Part shown: positions 19,226 to 28,322 of the stretch, piece after piece
Layout of the letters: each line of letters starts with the position of its first letter
Position numbering within the stretch: the first letter of the stretch is position 1
Virus record (IMG/VR): IMGVR_UViG_3300042445_001170
Coordinates: 48,168-112,167 of that record
Source: a virus
Reading direction: 5' to 3' (one strand)
Length of the DNA stretch: 64,000 nucleotides
The notes under the pieces: model-generated
Seen by the model: only the letters and a program-made list of their open reading frames with translations
The model's database searches: none
Told to the model about the DNA's origin: nothing
Position numbers and translations under genes: made by a program

Positions 19226-19431
19226 TAGTATCCGCCTGTGCATTCATTTCTAGTATGATATAACCTAATTTTAGTTAATATCTTTTTTGTTGGTGCATAT
19301 AAATCTTCTTCACAGCATCCACATTTCATATGCCATTCTCTAGCAAAGAAATCGTATACTGCACCTACATAATTTTTATACTTATTTGAAACAAATGTCT
19401 CAAATGGATCTGGTATCTCGTAGGTAATCAT
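19225..19431 (-). CDS. Small zinc-binding hypothetical protein
   Basis: CGCC...H....C; TAGTAGAAT 6 nt upstream (leaderless). Confidence 0.65.
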   Translation of the reverse strand: MITYEIPDPFETFVSNKYKNYVGAVYDFFAREWHMKCGCCEEDLYAPTKKILTKIRLYHTRNECTGGY

Positions 19432-19453
19432 GTTGTCATTCTACTAAATAACA

Positions 19454-19479
19454 CAGGGGCAGTCAATAGACTGCCCCTG
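19454..19479 (-). terminator. Intrinsic terminator-like hairpin after the SSB gene
   Basis: 11-bp perfect stem CAGGGGCAGTC/GACTGCCCCTG, 4-nt loop, T-rich tail. Confidence 0.7.
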
Positions 19480-19491
19480 CTATTTAATTAT

Positions 19492-20163
19492 TTACCAGTC
19501 TAAGTTGCTGCTTGTGGCTGAAGGCTCATCTGCATGAGTACTTTCTCCAGCAAAGAAAGCTTCTTGTTCCGTGTAAGGCATGTCACGAACTGCTGCAGTT
19601 TCAAGTTCAAACAGTTCTAACGCTGAGGCGTCGAATGGCGCTTCATCTTTTGCTAGTGGAATGATTGTATAGCTTGTATCTGTTTTTGTTCCAGAGCGCT
19701 TAACACGCCACATCAGATTAGTGATGCTTCCCATTTCGCCAGCATATTCAATAAGTGTTGGTGTAATTGTCTTGCCGCTTGACCCCTGAGAAAGAATGGC
19801 CACATATGGATCTTCCTTGCCATCGTCAACAAGAACATTAATGTAAAGTCGTGAACGACCCTTCCATCCCGCCTTGTAATCCTTACGATGTTGCTCGCAT
19901 CCGTAGCACTTGCCTTGATCTTCCATTGTGCAAAGACCCTTACGGCGATAATCTTTTGGATTTGTATGCTCTACAGCAATAAATCCAAGTCCAGCCTTTT
20001 CGCTGTATGTCGGTGAGTCTGGATCCAGTTCCTGCAAGAAACGAATCTTTACGCTCTCTGTATCCTCTAGCTTTACCCAGCGACCCTTTGTACCTTCGCC
20101 ACCAGTTGACTGTGGCTTGTCCATAACTTTATTAAGATCTTTTAGACCTTTTACTATTCCCAT
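19492..20163 (-). CDS. Single-stranded DNA-binding protein (gp32-like)
   Basis: VKIRFL, H...C...CYGC zinc site, KRSGTKTDTSY, acidic tail ending in W; lies between primase and polymerase. Confidence 0.7.
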   Translation of the reverse strand: MGIVKGLKDLNKVMDKPQSTGGEGTKGRWVKLEDTESVKIRFLQELDPDSPTYSEKAGLGFIAVEHTNPKDYRRKGLCTMEDQGKCYGCEQHRKDYKAGWKGRSRLYINVLVDDGKEDPYVAILSQGSSGKTITPTLIEYAGEMGSITNLMWRVKRSGTKTDTSYTIIPLAKDEAPFDASALELFELETAAVRDMPYTEQEAFFAGESTHADEPSATSSNLDW

Positions 20164-20205
20164 ATATTTCTCCTTTATAGTTGATGGTATAAATCCATCT
20201 GTTTA

Positions 20206-21210
20206 TTATTTTTGATGGGTCCAAGATTGATATTCAATATTGGAAACTGCGTTTTTAATACAGGCTTTAATTTCCTCTTCGGTCATGTCGCCAGCATCTT
20301 TTGCATCATGTGGATATATCTTACCATATTCGTACGAAGCCCACAAGAGGTCTTTATTCTTTAGTCTAGAGGCTATGCTGTTAGCAAGCTCACGCCCAGC
20401 GTGGTCAGCGTCTGTCATTAAAGTGACTTTATTAAAATATCTATTTATTAGTGCTAGGTTTTCTGTAGATATATGTCCTCCAAGTGTTGCAATAACATTG
20501 GGGAATCCAGCCTGATGCACACGGATTGCATCAAAGCTAGACTCTACAATAATAACATTATCTCCTATTTTTTTAGCACGGTGAATGTTAAACATAGTTT
20601 TGCTTCTGGGAAGGTTGGTGCTATTCTTAAATTTCTTTTCCGATATTGATCTGCCAACAATTCCTACTGGTAGTCCATCTGGACTATGCACTGGAACCGT
20701 AACCATGTCCTGCTTAGGTGAATATCCTAGAGAAAAGTGTGCTATTGCAGACATATCGATTCCTCTAGATTTAAAATAGTTTTGTGCTTCTTGACTTGCA
20801 ACTAGGTCATTATGTAAATTCTTTAGTATCTCTTCTGGAAACTCTACGAACTCTGGCTTATCTTCTAGCATATCGTTTAAAAGGTCGTCAAAGTTTTCTA
20901 GGGTCTCCGCTTCTTTTGAGTAAACATATCTCATAGCTTCAAAGTCATTCTTATGTAAAACTCTTTTAACTAATTCTATTAGCGATCCAGTTTCGCCACA
21001 TGATGGATTAAAGCATAGCCATGCCCCAGTTGTTTTACTTATGCTACAACTTGCGCTGTGTCTGTTGGAATGAAATGGGCAGTAGAAAGAGATCTCTATA
21101 TCTGTTTCACCAGCTACCTGTAAGCCAAGGCTTTTTACTATTGCCTTTATATGTTGCTTAGAGTATTGCGTGGTATCAGCTTTCCTTGCGTAATTGCTTC
21201 GTGCCGCCAT
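20206..21210 (-). CDS. dnaG: DNA primase (CHC2 zinc finger + TOPRIM)
   Basis: CPFH...CFNPSC, IVESSFDA, DADHAG; start uncertain (21210 vs 21261). Confidence 0.88.
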   Translation of the reverse strand: MAARSNYARKADTTQYSKQHIKAIVKSLGLQVAGETDIEISFYCPFHSNRHSASCSISKTTGAWLCFNPSCGETGSLIELVKRVLHKNDFEAMRYVYSKEAETLENFDDLLNDMLEDKPEFVEFPEEILKNLHNDLVASQEAQNYFKSRGIDMSAIAHFSLGYSPKQDMVTVPVHSPDGLPVGIVGRSISEKKFKNSTNLPRSKTMFNIHRAKKIGDNVIIVESSFDAIRVHQAGFPNVIATLGGHISTENLALINRYFNKVTLMTDADHAGRELANSIASRLKNKDLLWASYEYGKIYPHDAKDAGDMTEEEIKACIKNAVSNIEYQSWTHQK

Positions 21211-21437
21211 GCCATCTTCTTTCCTACGTAAGTCCCATAGAGTGTCATTAGGAACATCCATGTTGTACCGTCAAATTCTACCGAAAAGTTAGTATCTATG
21301 TCAAGTACCCTAAGATAACCTTTGTCTCTCATCTGGTGAGTAAGCATACTTTCATATTGATGCTTAATGCGAACCATATCAGAGTCGTCTAAAAATTCAA
21401 CTCTAACCTGAAATCTTTTTATCGGTTTGTGATTCAT
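21147..21437 (-). CDS. Hypothetical protein
   Basis: ORF bridging helicase and primase; start uncertain. Confidence 0.6.
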   Translation of the reverse strand: MNHKPIKRFQVRVEFLDDSDMVRIKHQYESMLTHQMRDKGYLRVLDIDTNFSVEFDGTTWMFLMTLYGTYVGKKMAWRHEAITQGKLIPRNTLSNI

Positions 21438-22665
21438 TATTCTGGAATGGATTCTCATAAATCTCTTTTACGATACCTCTGTTGATATCCCAATCTAAGT
21501 ATAAACCAAATTCGTGTCCATGTCGATTCTTACGTGAAACAATCTCAATCATATTAGTTCCTGGGTATCTGTGCACAGCCATAGCCATATCTGCATCGTA
21601 CTCGATAGCCTTTGACCATGCCACCTGCGACATCATTGGTGGGTTATCTTGGTCGGATACATCATCTGCGGTTGCTGCAGTGATATCAATAATAGGAATG
21701 TTGTTAGAGACCGCTAGCATTTTAAATTCACGAGAAACGTTTCTATTTCTTTCTACTTCAGAGTTGCTGCGCTTGTTATCATTAAACAACTGATGGTAGT
21801 CAAGGATAACTAGGTCTGGCTTATGCTGGTCAATCTTACCCTGAATAGTTGCTGGTGTGACTTCTGTATTGCCCTCATTTGAAATAAGGATAAAGCTATT
21901 CTTGTCAGCAAACTTCTTTGTAGACCATGAACGGAAGTCGTCAATATTAATATCTCCCTTTGAAAAGTCAGAAGCCTTAAATAGTCCAGAGCCAAGCATT
22001 GTATAAATACGATCACGCATATTCTCTGGTGACATTTCAAGAGAAACAATCATTGGCTTAAACCCTTGCTCCCATGCCTTACATGCAAGGTAGGAAGTAA
22101 ACCATGTCTTACCACGCCCTGGCCAGCCGATAGCAACGATAAGGTGTCCTGGAGCCATACCTGTTGGGTATGCCAAGTCTATGGCCTCAAAACCCGTCTT
22201 GATGCCTGGAGAACCGCCCATCTCGGCAGAGCGTACTCTCAACAACTCCATATGTCTAATTGCTGCTTCGGCATCTGTAATGTCTAGATCTCGAACATTG
22301 TTAGTAAATCTACTTAGGCCTGCTAGTTGTGACTGCATGTTTTCAAGAACTCTAGATGCAGCATCTTCTTTAAGTGATGATCCTGCACGAAGAATAATAG
22401 TCTTAAGTTTATTTGAAATAAATTCATTCTTAAGTGTATCAAGGTAGTAACCAGTTTGACCCTTGACATCAACTGGCTCGAAGTCCTTAAACTTCTCCTG
22501 CAAGATTCCAGCCTCTGGCACAGCTTTAAATTTATAGTAATAGGATTTTAGCCCATCCCAAATATCTTTATGTGATGTAAATAGGTCGTCTACGTTGTCT
22601 GCAAGTAGTGTGCTTATGTCCTTATTCTTACATACTGCTGAGATTAGTTCCGCTTCTGTATTCAC
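21403..22665 (-). CDS. dnaB: DnaB-like replicative helicase
   Basis: GWPGRGKT, SLEMS, ILDYHQL, IEYDAD, KNRHG. Confidence 0.92.
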   Translation of the reverse strand: MNTEAELISAVCKNKDISTLLADNVDDLFTSHKDIWDGLKSYYYKFKAVPEAGILQEKFKDFEPVDVKGQTGYYLDTLKNEFISNKLKTIILRAGSSLKEDAASRVLENMQSQLAGLSRFTNNVRDLDITDAEAAIRHMELLRVRSAEMGGSPGIKTGFEAIDLAYPTGMAPGHLIVAIGWPGRGKTWFTSYLACKAWEQGFKPMIVSLEMSPENMRDRIYTMLGSGLFKASDFSKGDINIDDFRSWSTKKFADKNSFILISNEGNTEVTPATIQGKIDQHKPDLVILDYHQLFNDNKRSNSEVERNRNVSREFKMLAVSNNIPIIDITAATADDVSDQDNPPMMSQVAWSKAIEYDADMAMAVHRYPGTNMIEIVSRKNRHGHEFGLYLDWDINRGIVKEIYENPFQNNESQTDKKISG

Positions 22666-22985
22666 TCTACTCCGCCTTGCTCTACCATCTTCTTCGTTTC
22701 TTCTAGTAACAAACGACGCTTCTCTTTATCTTTTTCAATCTCAGTCCTTACTGTATCCATTTTATCAAAGTTATATAGGAAGAACTGTATCGTGTGGCCG
22801 TGTTTTGTTAAATGGAAATAGTATTCCAGCAACTCTTTTGCACGGTTAAATCCTACACTATCAATGACGTCTTGCATAGCCCACTTCTCACGGAATTTAT
22901 TAATCGATGCCTCTTTGCCATATTTCTCTTTATACAAATTTTGAAATAGGCTAAGAAGGATGTAGGGCTCTTTATTATTTGCCAC
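22662..22985 (-). CDS. Hypothetical protein (possible helicase partner)
   Basis: Coupled to the helicase gene. Confidence 0.65.
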   Translation of the reverse strand: MANNKEPYILLSLFQNLYKEKYGKEASINKFREKWAMQDVIDSVGFNRAKELLEYYFHLTKHGHTIQFFLYNFDKMDTVRTEIEKDKEKRRLLLEETKKMVEQGGVE

Positions 22986-23178
22986 GCTTTAGCTCTTCCT
23001 CGACCTCTTCTGTTTTTTGAATTAGCTTATTCTCAACAAAAGCATATACTCGTTCCGTGGCAGCATCTACTGTTTCGCCTTGCCTTACGTCATCTTCAAT
23101 GCCCACGCCAATTTTAATACTCTCATAGTTACCAAGGTTTCTAGTAAATGAAAGATCTACCTTTACTCTCGTTGTCAT
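22975..23178 (-). CDS. Hypothetical protein
   Basis: TRNLGNYESIKI; in-operon ORF. Confidence 0.7.
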   Translation of the reverse strand: MTTRVKVDLSFTRNLGNYESIKIGVGIEDDVRQGETVDAATERVYAFVENKLIQKTEEVEEELKRGK

Positions 23179-23288
23179 TTATGTTCCGCCTTCTTGTGTC
23201 TACTCAATGTATCGCTGGCAAAAATGCCCCAACGAACTTCTATGTCCCGCTTACAGATATCGCAAGTAACAACCCTACTTTTTTCCAT
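23175..23288 (-). CDS. 37-aa C2H2-type zinc-finger protein (below the ORF-track cutoff)
   Basis: MEKSRVVTCDICKRDIEVRWGIFASDTLSRHKKAEHK. Confidence 0.6.
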   Translation of the reverse strand: MEKSRVVTCDICKRDIEVRWGIFASDTLSRHKKAEHK

Positions 23289-23406
23289 CTTCCACTCTTT
23301 TCACAGTCACGGGGCCGTTCTTAGAATTCCAATTCTCAACTTCTTTTTCTCTTTTTCTTTTCTTTGCAGCGCCAGTTTCAAGTTTATATATTGCAATATA
23401 GCTCAT
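23275..23406 (-). CDS. 43-aa basic hypothetical protein (below the ORF-track cutoff)
   Basis: MSYIAIYKLETGAAKKRKREKEVENWNSKNGPVTVKRVEDGKK; TAATG coupling. Confidence 0.5.
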   Translation of the reverse strand: MSYIAIYKLETGAAKKRKREKEVENWNSKNGPVTVKRVEDGKK

Positions 23407-23891
23407 TACTCCGCCTTCCATACTGGTACAAACTTTCCATCTTCTGTCTTAGTATACAATACTAAGTTGTTTTTGAGAAGGGCCTGGACCTCTGCTTTTG
23501 AAGGAATTTCTTTTGAGTGTCCTGAATCTAATATATGTTGGTGTATATCCAATATGTTCTTTTGATTAAACATATACTGAGACCAATTTTCGCTATCTGG
23601 TTGTCCTATTGGATATATCTTTTGAGGGGTGGCAACCTTTTCATTTAATATATATTCTTGTATAGTTACCCTATGCTTGTTAAGCATAGAGGCAACTTCT
23701 ACAACAGTATAGGCTGTTTCCATATTCTTTTTAACTTGAGAATATGAATACATGACTCTCTTCTTGTCTGGGTAACACCAAGCAATCATTTCATCCTTTG
23801 ATCTGGATGCCTTTAAAACTTTATGTATCTTATCGTTTAAGAAGAAATACCGTAAGCTTTTTGATTTGCCGTCTCTTTTGATTCCAGCCAT
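23406..23891 (-). CDS. HTH (MerR/Xis-like) DNA-binding protein
   Basis: AYTVVEVASMLNKHRVTIQEYI. Confidence 0.6.
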   Translation of the reverse strand: MAGIKRDGKSKSLRYFFLNDKIHKVLKASRSKDEMIAWCYPDKKRVMYSYSQVKKNMETAYTVVEVASMLNKHRVTIQEYILNEKVATPQKIYPIGQPDSENWSQYMFNQKNILDIHQHILDSGHSKEIPSKAEVQALLKNNLVLYTKTEDGKFVPVWKAE

Positions 23892-24022
23892 TTTCCGAAA
23901 GCACTCGTTTCTTTATTGCACATCCAGCGTTTGCCGCACATGATACAGAATAATTCCATATGTAGTTTTTGAGAGAAAACTCTATCTACAAAAACTCGTC
24001 CATTACATTTTCCGCACCACAT
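23837..24022 (-). CDS. Zinc-ribbon protein
   Basis: CGKCNG...CIMCG. Confidence 0.7.
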   Translation of the reverse strand: MWCGKCNGRVFVDRVFSQKLHMELFCIMCGKRWMCNKETSAFGKWLESKETANQKAYGISS

Positions 24023-24822
24023 TATAGTGTAAACAACTTCCCGTCAACAACACATGAATAGTCAGGAGCCACATGGATCATCTGAATATGCGGGTAGTCG
24101 TTAACAATGTGAGCAATTGCAAATCCCTTTTGCCAGTCATGGTGTTGCATATATTTCATTCCTGGGCCCTTCTCATCACACATATGCCCAAGCTCGTAGC
24201 CACGAAGTGTTTCTCCCTCACCATTATTTCTTAGTTCATAAGTAACTAGGTGTGAGGCAATTCTATGAGAGTGTCCTCTAATCAATGAAATCTGAAGGTC
24301 TTCCATGTCTTTACGAACAGATCCAGTTGCTGCAATAGAGAGTCCATGGTGTACGTGAATATCTCCAAAGCGACGCTTTGGCAATTCGTTATAGTGAATA
24401 TATTCATATCCTAGTGAGTCAAGTCCCCATAAAGCTTCTGGTGTTACTTCATTTATGTAGTCTGGAAGTTTTGCATCGACATAATTGAAGATTCTTACAT
24501 CATGATTACCAAGCGCTGAAAATAATTGAGCCTCTGGTAGCATGTCTCTTGTCTTTGCATAAAAATCTCTTGCGCCTTTTGCTTCGTGACGCATCATTGG
24601 AACAATAAGATCCCTGCTATCTGTTTTATGAAGGTTTAAAAACTCTGCTGATCGACCTTCTGTGTACTTGCTGTAGCAAGCCTGATCGTCTGTGTCACCA
24701 AGGTAGTCAACGACATCTGGCTTAAACCACTTCATTACCTTAAACCAAAGTGCAATCATTTTATCATCCTGATATGGGAACTGCTGGTCGGATGAAATCA
24801 TCCACTTTAAATCGTTACTCAT
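24022..24822 (-). CDS. Calcineurin-like metallophosphoesterase
   Basis: SDQQ, LGDTDD, LGNHD, HHG, GHSH. Confidence 0.85.
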   Translation of the reverse strand: MSNDLKWMISSDQQFPYQDDKMIALWFKVMKWFKPDVVDYLGDTDDQACYSKYTEGRSAEFLNLHKTDSRDLIVPMMRHEAKGARDFYAKTRDMLPEAQLFSALGNHDVRIFNYVDAKLPDYINEVTPEALWGLDSLGYEYIHYNELPKRRFGDIHVHHGLSIAATGSVRKDMEDLQISLIRGHSHRIASHLVTYELRNNGEGETLRGYELGHMCDEKGPGMKYMQHHDWQKGFAIAHIVNDYPHIQMIHVAPDYSCVVDGKLFTL

Positions 24823-24839
24823 TGTCTACCTTAATATGT

Positions 24840-24864
24840 AAAAAAGTCACGGGTACGTGACTTT
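24840..24864 (-). terminator. Hairpin followed by a U-tract
   Basis: AAAGTCACG-TACC-CGTGACTTTTTT on the minus strand. Confidence 0.55.
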
Positions 24865-24865
24865 G

Positions 24866-24904
24866 ATGTTACAGTAATTGTAACATATTGATATGGCTTG
24901 TCAA
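24866..24904 (-). promoter_or_regulatory. Sigma70-type promoter for the replication module, with an overlapping palindrome
   Basis: TTGACA (24899-24904), 16 nt, TACAAT (24877-24882) with extended TG; ATGTTACA-N5-TGTAACAT inverted repeat at 24866-24886. Confidence 0.6.
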
Positions 24905-24912
24905 TAGGCTAT

Positions 24913-25359
24913 TTAAGCCTGTGTGTTGTTATCTACGTTTCCTACTGCTATCCATCTTATAACCAGTCCGTCGGTTCCTGTTGCAATCGACGATGGGATC
25001 AGCAAGCACTTAAAACCAAGCTTTGTTGATTCTGTCAAACATACTGTATGCAAAGCCTTTACGCCAGCATTAGGATTTTCAATTTGTAGCGATACTGAAG
25101 GAATGTCGGTGAATGTAACATTACCGTATTCGACTGTATATGGGACAGCTTTCTTTGGCTCTGCCTTTGCTGGAAATGAGCTATGTATTGTAGTATTTGC
25201 AGACCTCAGACTAGGAGCTCCAGTTGTATTTGTAATATTAATTACAGTAATTTTTTCACCAAGAGCAACCTTAGCAATATTTGAATTCATTCTTTGGATG
25301 ACTTCAGCAGATACTGGGTCTCCATCATTTATTACTACTGGGTCTATGTTGATAGCCAT
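24913..25359 (-). CDS. Putative virion/tail accessory protein (possibly H-type-lectin-like C-terminus)
   Basis: End of the tail operon; FTDIPSV...GFK...IRWIAVG. Confidence 0.55.
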   Translation of the reverse strand: MAINIDPVVINDGDPVSAEVIQRMNSNIAKVALGEKITVINITNTTGAPSLRSANTTIHSSFPAKAEPKKAVPYTVEYGNVTFTDIPSVSLQIENPNAGVKALHTVCLTESTKLGFKCLLIPSSIATGTDGLVIRWIAVGNVDNNTQA

Positions 25360-25361
25360 TA

Positions 25362-25505
25362 TTACTCCTTAGCGTCTTCCGCATTCTTTGTATCTGTTAG
25401 CGTAGTCATTTCTGCACGTAGTATAGCGATATGTGTCTCATATTGTGAGACAATTTCTCCAATGCGCTGTTGTAGTGCTTGAACTACAAGTTCTAATTTT
25501 TCCAT
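25362..25505 (-). CDS. 47-aa coiled-coil protein (below the ORF-track cutoff)
   Basis: MEKLELVVQALQQRIGEIVSQYETHIAILRAEMTTLTDTKNAEDAKE. Confidence 0.6.
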   Translation of the reverse strand: MEKLELVVQALQQRIGEIVSQYETHIAILRAEMTTLTDTKNAEDAKE

Positions 25506-25538
25506 TATTTTTCCATTCTATTCATATAAAGAATACCA

Positions 25539-28322
25539 TTAAGCCTGGATTCCGTCAAGTCTTTCCTTAAGTGTATCTACTTCATCTTTTAATTCTTGTA
25601 TTGCTAATACCAATAGGGCAGACATTCTGTCATAGCCTATGCTTATTGGATCCCCCTGTAAATTGTAGTTTACAACTCCCCTAAATTCTGGAATTAGGGC
25701 GAGATCTTCTGCTATAAGTCCAGATTGTATTGGCTCAATGGCAAGCACATCATCGTTTATATAATTAAAGTTAACTGGCTTAACTCTTAAAGTCGCATCC
25801 AAATATCCAGACTTAGGTATTTCAACTATATTTTCCTTAAGGGTTCTGCTAGAACCCAGTACTTTTAGGTAGCCGCTTGAATTTTGAACAACAGATGTTC
25901 CAGAAGTATTTCCAGATCCAGTTGCTGAGTTCAATGAATTGGCAAATATTCTTCCGTCTGACCAGATTTTGGTAAGATCACCAGCATTAAATGAAAGAGT
26001 GCTTGTGCTTGCATATCCAAGAAAAACTGATCTATTTGCGTAGATAGTTCCGCTTCCCTGATTTTGCATATATAAATGTATTTGACCTGTGTCTGTTGAT
26101 AAAACTAAAGAGCCATCATTTATTCCACCCGCAGAGCTTCCAGAATAGATATATGATGTTCCGCCTCCAGTGCTCATTGTCAAGCTTCCAGCGTACAGAT
26201 AAGATTTTTGCATTTGATTGAATAGGTTGGAAGACTCTATCTTTACTCCTGGGCTATTAAACCAATCATTTCCGCTTGAGACTAGCTCAACATTTCCTTT
26301 AAATGTTCCGCTTGCTCCTGTTATATTACCCTTAAAATAACCATTATCTGCATACACATCGCCTCTAAATATTGCAGTTCCAGTAGATGCATCTAGTAGT
26401 ATTGAGTATAGTCCAGTAGATGGATTTGTCATGTATAAACCAGTGTCATCTAAATAGACTGGCCTGGTTCCGCCAGAACTTATTTTCATATTGTTGCTTG
26501 CTTGCAAAGCATTAATAACTCTTGTAGTTGGATCTACGCTTAGCCCATTACCAGATTGAACTGCTGTCGCACCTTTAGCAGCATTTCCTCTTACAGTTGA
26601 TGCTGCAACTCCGTCTACAGTTCCGCTAACATTACCAGTCAATGTTCCATTTGGCTGTAGCGCATTATCGGCAGCAGTTTTTGCTGCAATAGTGTCATCT
26701 AAAATTTGTTGTGCTGTTTTTGATGTACCGAATGTACTTCCAAGGCCAATGCTTCCACTAATAATCGCATTGGTTGCTCTTAGTACTCCAGAGGAGTCAA
26801 CGCTGAAAGATGCATTTGCTGGATTATTGTTTCCAGACCATAGCTTATAATATGTTCCAGGCATTCCAGCAACACCCCAAGTTGTAGTTCCATCTATATA
26901 AACACTTGTAGCTAAAGAAGATCCAGCACGAATTTGTCCAGCGCTATCTAGGGATATATTATTTTTTGAAAGGGTTGTAGGCGACAGGGTCCATCCGCCA
27001 ATAGTTCCTGCATTTGCAGTTATTGTTCCGTCTGCTGCATTTAATGTCACAGAGTTGGTGCCATTAGCAATTTTGAGTCCTGTTGAGTTTAAAGCAAAAC
27101 CGTTCCCAGTTAATGTTCCTGCCGTATTGATTGTTCCATTATAAATAGATGCGCCAGATGTAGAAAGATTTATATTTCCGCCAATTGTTGCAGTTCCTGT
27201 TGCACCGATATTTCCATCTATGTTTAAGGTTGAGCCATCCCATTTAATGTAATTGCTGGTTGGTCCACCTACTTTAAATTCTGCTGTGCTGCCTGAGTTT
27301 ATATACCAGTAGTTGCTTGAGTTAAAAAGTAAACCACGTTTTCCAGAAACAACTCCATCCCCAAATTTAAACGCTCCAGCAGATATATATCCATTCATGA
27401 CTGGTGTTCCTGGTATTGCTAATGTGCCACCAGAGACATATCCAGAAGTTGTATTGTTGTATTGATCATATGTCGCTACTGCAAACTCGTATGTTACTCC
27501 AACGCCAAGCCCTTCTAATTTGTATGATGTACCAGAACCAGGAGAATCGGCATATGAATATACAGAGTCTCCAACAGGCTTAAACCTTATCCTGTATCCT
27601 CGAATGTCTCCAGATGTTACTGCGCTCCATTGTATTGTGGCATAGCCATTAAATCCAAGATAGGCAGATGGATCAATTCCACCACTTACTGTTGCTGAGC
27701 CAACCGCAGGTGGCCCATCAATATCAACAATAACTGGGTCTGTGGGTTTTATAACTCCACTTATGTAGTATTTGTTTGCACTTGTTGTATCGGCATGAAA
27801 AAATTTATCTCTGTGTAAAACCTTTATATATCTATCTGCTGTAGTTGATGTAAGAATATTTGCCTGTGTGGAATTTCCAACCCACACAACTGGCTCTGAT
27901 CCAGTAAATGTTGAGGAGGTTCCTTCCCATATGATTGTATCTACATAGTTTTCCCAGGTTGGCTTATCCCATTTAACTTGATAAGAAAGGAGGCCAGAGG
28001 TAACAACAACATTTGCTGGCGGCTGTGTGTAATCTGGAACAGCTGCGGCAATCTGCTGTCTAGTTACAATAAATCTTGGTGATGGTGGACCAAATACAAC
28101 AGTTTTATCTGCTGGGTCGTCGTTAGTTAATATGTATGAAAATATAAATGCGTAGTCTTTAAATAAGTTTAAGTCTATATTTTCTATGACTAAATCATAG
28201 GAGCTCTGGCTAGTAGATGATACAGCTTTAGCAGCAGCTGCTGCATCGGAAGATAGGTCTGGTGCTGCATCTTGTGGTGAAGGTTGATACCCACCAGAAT
28301 CTAGGTAGTCAGCTTTTGCCAT
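25539..28322 (-). CDS. Tail fibre/spike with Fn3 domains and a C-terminal intramolecular chaperone (peptidase S74)
   Basis: Fn3 (W...GYRIRFK...GLGVGVTYEFAVATYD), Gly/Thr-rich beta repeats, SSRTLKENI...GLIAED...LAIQEL. Confidence 0.8.
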   Translation of the reverse strand: MAKADYLDSGGYQPSPQDAAPDLSSDAAAAAKAVSSTSQSSYDLVIENIDLNLFKDYAFIFSYILTNDDPADKTVVFGPPSPRFIVTRQQIAAAVPDYTQPPANVVVTSGLLSYQVKWDKPTWENYVDTIIWEGTSSTFTGSEPVVWVGNSTQANILTSTTADRYIKVLHRDKFFHADTTSANKYYISGVIKPTDPVIVDIDGPPAVGSATVSGGIDPSAYLGFNGYATIQWSAVTSGDIRGYRIRFKPVGDSVYSYADSPGSGTSYKLEGLGVGVTYEFAVATYDQYNNTTSGYVSGGTLAIPGTPVMNGYISAGAFKFGDGVVSGKRGLLFNSSNYWYINSGSTAEFKVGGPTSNYIKWDGSTLNIDGNIGATGTATIGGNINLSTSGASIYNGTINTAGTLTGNGFALNSTGLKIANGTNSVTLNAADGTITANAGTIGGWTLSPTTLSKNNISLDSAGQIRAGSSLATSVYIDGTTTWGVAGMPGTYYKLWSGNNNPANASFSVDSSGVLRATNAIISGSIGLGSTFGTSKTAQQILDDTIAAKTAADNALQPNGTLTGNVSGTVDGVAASTVRGNAAKGATAVQSGNGLSVDPTTRVINALQASNNMKISSGGTRPVYLDDTGLYMTNPSTGLYSILLDASTGTAIFRGDVYADNGYFKGNITGASGTFKGNVELVSSGNDWFNSPGVKIESSNLFNQMQKSYLYAGSLTMSTGGGTSYIYSGSSAGGINDGSLVLSTDTGQIHLYMQNQGSGTIYANRSVFLGYASTSTLSFNAGDLTKIWSDGRIFANSLNSATGSGNTSGTSVVQNSSGYLKVLGSSRTLKENIVEIPKSGYLDATLRVKPVNFNYINDDVLAIEPIQSGLIAEDLALIPEFRGVVNYNLQGDPISIGYDRMSALLVLAIQELKDEVDTLKERLDGIQA

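Noticed and set aside
5767-22665. Inteins or introns in terL, recA, dnaE or dnaB
   Set aside because: All have ordinary lengths and continuous motifs, with no Hint or homing-endonuclease signatures.
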